Assembly (NCBI GenBank): GCA_963790475.1
Contig: CAWBOS010000012.1
Coordinates: forward strand, 1,533,876-1,597,875
Origin: an uncultured delta proteobacterium
GTDB taxonomy: Bacteria > Desulfobacterota > RBG-13-43-22
Reading direction: 5' to 3'
DNA length: 64,000 bases
The first letter of the stretch is position 1, and every line of letters starts with the position of its first letter. Shown here in pieces: positions 59,042 through 64,000 of this stretch. Both the position numbers and the translations under genes were made by a program. The notes under the pieces are model-generated. The model ran no database searches. It was not told the DNA's origin and saw only the letters and a program-made list of their open reading frames with translations.

Positions 59042-60607
59042 ATGGGATGGCCCAATATCATGAATATTTTCTTTAAAAAAAACTCTTTAAGCACTTATCT
59101 CCTGATCCCTCTCAGCGCTATCCTGATCGTACTTTCCTTTCCCAAGTTTTCCTGGTCTTTCCTGGCCTGGGTGGCTTTCGTCCCCTTTTTAAAAGCGTTG
59201 GACGATAAACCGGCCCGGCAAAGGTTTCGGCTGGGGTATCTGACAGGGATCCTCTGCTGTCTGGGGATTTTTTATTGGGTCACTCACTCCATGCGCTATT
59301 ACGGGGGATTGAACACGATCACCAGTTTTTCCATTCTTCTTTTAATGGTTTTTTATTTAGCCCTCTATTTCGGGGCCTTTGCCTGGCTGTGGGGTCTATA
59401 TTCCCCGAAGGGATTCTTTTCTTTAATCTGGACCCCTTCGGTCTGGGTCGGGTTGGAATTCATTAGAGCTCATTTATTATCCGGTTTTCCCTGGGAACTG
59501 TTGGGATATTCTCAATATAACCGTCTGTCGGTTATCCAGGCGGCTGAACTGACCGGTGTCTATGGGATTTCTTTCCTGATCATCCTGGTCAACCAGACCC
59601 TTTATCACCTGTTCGGATCCGATAATCCTTTCCGGGGATGGTCCCGGAAATGGAAAGAAGCGCTTTTCACCCTCTTGTTATTCACGGTAACCATTATTTT
59701 CGGCTTTTATTCCATGTCAGTCCAAAAGCAAAAGGACCAACAGGTTCCGGCTTTAAGAGTTGCGGTTATTCAAGGGAACATCGATCAATCCTTAAAATGG
59801 GACCCCGCTTATCAGGAAGAAACCGTGAAGATTTATCGGGACCTTTCCCTTGAAGCACTGCCCAAGACCCCGGAATTGATCATCTGGCCGGAAACGGCAA
59901 TTCCCTTTTACTTTTTAAACGAAAACCGTTTCACTCCCGGTCTGTTTCAATTAGCCCGGGAGGGTAAAACCTATCTGCTATTCGGCAGTCCGGCCGTGGG
60001 TTATCGGCAAGGGGAACCCCAATTTTTTAATCGGGCCTATCTGTTAAGTCCGGAAGGTCGTATCAACTTTTACGACAAAGTCCATTTGGTCCCTTTCGGG
60101 GAATATGTCCCCATGAAACGGTTCTTGCCCTTTGTGGGAAAAGTGGTTCAAGCCATTGGAGACTTCAGCCCGGGAACAGGGAGTTACGGATTGCCTCATC
60201 CCAAAGGAAAGATAGGGGTCCTGATTTGTTTTGAAACCATTTTCCCGGGATTAAGCCGGGCCTACAAACAGGATGGCTGCCGGATCCTGGTTAATATAAC
60301 CAATGATGCCTGGTTCGGCGATACCTCAGCTCCTTATCAACACCTGTCCATGCTTGTTTTCCGGGCCGTTGAAAATCGGGTCTGGATTGCCCGGGCGGCC
60401 AATACCGGCTTCAGCGCCGTTATCGATTCTTCCGGGCGGATAGTTAAAAGGGTTCCCTTATTTCAAACCGGAGGGATTTATGCTAATATTCCCCTCCGAG
60501 GAGAAAAGACTTTTTATACCCGCCACGGCGACTGGATAATCGTATTTTGCGGGCTTATTTTTCTGGCCGGAATATTGATGATAATAGGGAACTATAGAAG
60601 GAGATAG
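59042..60607 (+). CDS. lnt: Apolipoprotein N-acyltransferase
   Basis: GFPW..LGYSQ, QGNI, WPET, KVHLVPFGEY, ICFE, TNDAWFG, RAVEN. Confidence 0.96.
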   Translation: MGWPNIMNIFFKKNSLSTYLLIPLSAILIVLSFPKFSWSFLAWVAFVPFLKALDDKPARQRFRLGYLTGILCCLGIFYWVTHSMRYYGGLNTITSFSILLLMVFYLALYFGAFAWLWGLYSPKGFFSLIWTPSVWVGLEFIRAHLLSGFPWELLGYSQYNRLSVIQAAELTGVYGISFLIILVNQTLYHLFGSDNPFRGWSRKWKEALFTLLLFTVTIIFGFYSMSVQKQKDQQVPALRVAVIQGNIDQSLKWDPAYQEETVKIYRDLSLEALPKTPELIIWPETAIPFYFLNENRFTPGLFQLAREGKTYLLFGSPAVGYRQGEPQFFNRAYLLSPEGRINFYDKVHLVPFGEYVPMKRFLPFVGKVVQAIGDFSPGTGSYGLPHPKGKIGVLICFETIFPGLSRAYKQDGCRILVNITNDAWFGDTSAPYQHLSMLVFRAVENRVWIARAANTGFSAVIDSSGRIVKRVPLFQTGGIYANIPLRGEKTFYTRHGDWIIVFCGLIFLAGILMIIGNYRRR

Positions 60608-60612
60608 AAGTC

Positions 60613-61699
60613 ATGAGAGAAGAAATTCTGCGTTATAAAGATAAATTAATTAAATTAGGAGACTATCTTTGACCTGGGAGCCAAGAAGGAACGCCTGGCG
60701 GTCCTGGAAAAAATGACTGCTCAAAATACCCTTTGGGACAATCCGGATCAGGCCAAGGTTCTGCTGAAAGAAAGGGGAAAGCTGAGCCAGGCTGTTTCAG
60801 AATGGGAACAGGCTCAATCCCAGCTTGAGGAAGCCGAGATCCTTTATGATCTGGCTCAGGCCGAAGAGGATCAGGAAACCTTATCCGAAGTCCAATCCCG
60901 CCTCAAGGACCTGGAAAAACTCCTGGGTCAATTGGAGTTCACTAAACTGCTTTCCGGGGAAGAGGATGCCTGTCATGCCATCATGGCCATCCATGCCGGT
61001 GCCGGGGGTACCGAGGCTCAGGACTGGGCCGAGATGCTGCTGCGTATGTATCTCCGCTGGAGTGAGCGGCGGGGATTTAAGACCGAAATCATCGATCAAT
61101 TACCCGGGGATGAAGCGGGGATTAAAAGCGTCACCTTCACCATAGAGGGGAAATATGCTTACGGCTATTTGCGCTCGGAAACCGGCATTCATCGTCTGGT
61201 CCGCATTTCTCCTTTTGACGCCGGGGGCCGGCGGCATACCTCTTTTGCCTCTGTTTTTGTCTATCCGGAAGTGGAAGACGACATCCTGATTGAAATCAAT
61301 GAGGCGGACGTCCGGGTGGACACCTTCCGGGCCAGCGGGGCCGGTGGACAACATGTCAATAAAACCAGCTCGGCCATCCGTCTGACCCATCTGCCCACAG
61401 GCATCGTCGTTCAATGCCAGAATGAGAAATCCCAACACCGGAACAAAGATATGGCCTTCAAGGTTTTGAAATCGAGACTCTACGAACTGGAACTGGAAAA
61501 GAAAGAAGAAAAAAAGAAGGAGATCCATGAAGGGCAGGCCGACATCGCCTGGGGAAGTCAGATCCGTTCTTATACTCTGGCCCCCTACCGCCTGGTGAAG
61601 GACCACCGGACTCAGTTGGATATCGGGAATGTGGACGAGGTCCTGGACGGAGGGATCGATCCCTTTATCGAAGCCTTTTTATGGTTAAAGAAAAAATGA
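60613..61699 (+). CDS. prfB: Peptide chain release factor 2 with programmed +1 frameshift
   Basis: [19 protein letters not shown] then CTT-TGA-C (60667-60673) preceded by internal SD AGGAG; downstream SPF and GGQ motifs. Confidence 0.97.
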
Positions 61700-61934
61700 A
61701 GAGAACTGCTCAGGTAGATAGGCCGAAGACTGTTAGGAGAATAGGGGGATAGGGCGGATCAGGAAACTATTTTTGGTGGGAGAATGAACTGTTCCTCCAA
61801 ATAAAGAGTTTCAGTCCCGCCTTGGTGAAACCCCTTCAGCCTTCAGTCTAAACAGCTTCGGACTGATTATTTGAATAGTTACAAATAAATTATCTAACCG
61901 TTCACTTGTAACCCGCACCCTGCGGAAAGGGAAA

Positions 61935-62702
61935 ATGATGAGCTATCAATACATCCGGATGGAGATGAAAGCAGGATCGGCCGCGATTACCTTGAATCGA
62001 GAACCCCTTAATGTACTCAATATCGCCATGATGAAGGAGATCAATCAGGCCCTGGATTCCTTGAAAGGGGAAAAATTCAAAATCCTTCTTTTCAAGGCCG
62101 AGGGTAAGGCTTTTTCCGCTGGGGTGGATGTGGGAGAGCATCTCGGGGATCAGGTGGAAGAGATGATCGAGGTCTTTCACGGGATCTTTAGAAGTATGGA
62201 TGCCCTGCCGGCTATTTCCGTAGCCTCAGTTCAAGGGGCAGCCTTGGGAGGCGGCTGTGAGCTGGCGTTGTACTGTGACCTGGTCCTGGCCTCGGAAAAG
62301 GCCAAGTTCGGACAGCCGGAGATCCAGGTGGGGGTTTTCCCGCCCATGGCCGCCCTGATATTTCCGCGGATAACCGGCCGGAAAAAGGCCCTGGAATTGA
62401 TCCTCTCGGGAGAAACGATCAATGCCCGGGAGGCCCTGTCTTTGGGGTTGATCAATAAGGTAGTCCCGAATGAAACCCTGGAAGCGGAACTGGAGAAGTT
62501 CTGCGGAAAGTTTCTTCCCCAGAGTGGTCTGGTATTGGCATTGACCAAAAAAGCCTTCAAGGCCGGATTGATGGACGACCAGGGCCAGGGATTGAAAGCG
62601 ATCGAAAAGGTTTATCTGCAGGAATTGATGAAGACCCGGGATGCCGAAGAAGGGCTGAAGGCCTTTCTGGAGAAGAGGAAACCGGTCTGGAAGGAAGAAT
62701 AA
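61935..62702 (+). CDS. Enoyl-CoA hydratase family protein (cyclohexa-1,5-dienecarbonyl-CoA hydratase-like)
   Basis: PLNVLNIAMM, FSAGVDVGEH, GAALGGGCEL, FGQPEIQVGVFPP, YLQELMKTRDAEEG. Confidence 0.88.
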   Translation: MMSYQYIRMEMKAGSAAITLNREPLNVLNIAMMKEINQALDSLKGEKFKILLFKAEGKAFSAGVDVGEHLGDQVEEMIEVFHGIFRSMDALPAISVASVQGAALGGGCELALYCDLVLASEKAKFGQPEIQVGVFPPMAALIFPRITGRKKALELILSGETINAREALSLGLINKVVPNETLEAELEKFCGKFLPQSGLVLALTKKAFKAGLMDDQGQGLKAIEKVYLQELMKTRDAEEGLKAFLEKRKPVWKEE

Positions 62703-62899
62703 GAAGAGACCGTTGAAAAATGCCCCCTTTTGTCCAATCCCTGTGTCAGGCTCAACTTTCAATCCTCGAAATATTATATTATCCTGAACAGAAGTTGGGT
62801 CGGCGGCTTGTATCAAGATAACTTTCTTGCGACTTCACTTACGAATCTTTCACCGAGACCATTCCCCCCAAAAAAGATTACCGTTAGAACTCTTCTAAT

Positions 62900-63095
62900 A
62901 AGCGTTGCCGGTGTGGGGGGTGATTGATATTGCCTTGTTTCAATCCGCAGGCTTGCTCCGCTCCCTTAAGGAGCCTTTGCCAGGAATCTTAGTGCTTCAG
63001 GTTACCCCTTGCACCTCCCTCAAGCTACCTGGGCGAACTACCGAACTCCCCCCGTCGGACTTTAACCGACCAGTCCTACGTTTTACACGGCATAC
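62900..63095 (-). ncRNA. Group II intron-like 5' (domain I) fragment, no RT ORF
   Basis: Minus strand starts GTATGCCGTG..GACTGGTCGGTTAAAGTCCGACGGGGGAG..CAGGTAGC..GGTAACC, resembling group II intron 5' ends (GUGYG, GGTGAAAGTCC hairpin). No domain V/VI found nearby. Confidence 0.6.
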
Positions 63096-63489
63096 CCCAC
63101 AAATCCTCTACATTAGCATGTGCTTAAATTAGCGATTACTTGTTGTACTCAACAAGCTGACCCATTAAAAGATGAGGCAGCTCGGGGGAATCTCCACAGA
63201 TAGTAAGGGAATCAGAGCACCCTGATTATCTTTTTGACGAAGACCCCGGGAAAGGTTACTATAAAAGCTATAATAGCAAACCATGTGTTCCCCCTGGTCG
63301 AGGAGCTGAGAGCACGTGGCCGCGAATCCGGAAAAAGTTTAGAGGGTTTTCAAGATTGGGAACCCGCTAACGACCGCCAGCAACTCCGTGGTTCAGGTAA
63401 ACGTTTTTTTCTGGCTGCTCAAAGATGCCCTGATGCAAGGCCCACCGATTAGTGGTGAGTGGGCGCGTTCGGCACGAAGTGAGTTGGCA

Positions 63490-63979
63490 GGTCATTCCCG
63501 CCCGGGATCTGGTCACGGGTTTTGTGGGGGCCGACCTGATCAATGAGGCCGCCCTGTTGGCCGCCCGGAAAAATAAAAAAGAAGAGTTGGTTTTCAAAAA
63601 AATCTCCATAGGGGCCCAAAACGACTTGCAGCGGGCCACAGACATTGCCCGGTCCATGGTCATCGAATATGGCATGAGTGATCGCGTGGGACTGGTGACC
63701 TAAGAGCGGCCTCGCCAGCCGATGTTCCTCCCGGAAGGTTTTGCCCCCAGCAAAACCTGCAGTGAAGAAAAAGCCGGCCAGATTGATGAAGAGGTCGCTC
63801 GGGTCGTCGAGGAAGCCCATCAAAGGGTGCAAGGTATCCTCTCGGGGCGTCGGAGGGTCCTCGATGATCTGGCTTATCTCCTTTCGCAGCAGGAGATCGT
63901 CCAAGGGGAGGAGTTTAGAAAGATGTTGTCCGAATCCACTCCTAAACGGGAAAGCCCGTTGCCTTTTCAACCGTCTTAA
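63490..63979 (+). pseudogene. ftsH: FtsH C-terminal remnant
   Basis: [17 protein letters not shown] fused directly to [26 protein letters not shown], so the HEXXH region is deleted; in-frame TAA at 63701-63703; no TM or AAA N-terminus. Confidence 0.85.
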
Positions 63980-64000
63980 AAAAGCAGACGGGGAGACACC

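Noticed and set aside
63130-63450. Possible ORFs or RNA between the intron-like fragment and the ftsH remnant
   Set aside because: No recognisable motif or convincing structure; probably decayed sequence.

Overview
Chromosomal window from an anaerobic bacterium; gene content and order suggest Desulfobacterota/Deltaproteobacteria (inference). It is mostly housekeeping: xseAB-ispA-dxs-tlyA, type IV pilus genes (pilB, pilC, pilS, pilT, pilU-like), hisH/hisF/hisD, folD-panB-panE, aconitase, lptG, dGTPase, valS, two-subunit fumarase, surE, lepB, iorAB, glucokinase, lnt, prfB (programmed +1 frameshift) and three crotonase-family genes. No rRNA, tRNA or CRISPR array was seen. The most striking item is a 1.9-kb element (43196-45140) with no terminal inverted repeats. 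It encodes a 552-aa protein with no DDE triad that I can see but with a Rep_trans-like Y-x-K/R-x-E motif and a C-terminal winged helix. It has a highly structured ~240-nt leader and ends in a hairpin followed by CTAAG-NNN-CTA. A ~205-bp non-coding element with the same end architecture and CTA(A) target occurs twice: once directly beside the large element and once inside the 3' end of pilS. Together they suggest an autonomous/non-autonomous rolling-circle-like transposon system (inference). Also seen: a pan-motif-like attenuator upstream of panB, a sigma54/IHF promoter followed by a GGA-rich leader (possible CsrA-binding RNA), an ORF-less group II intron-like 5' fragment, a classical DDE IS with TIRs and a 4-bp TSD, many intergenic heptamer inverted arrays, two decayed pseudogenes, and four single-base frameshifts that may be sequencing errors.
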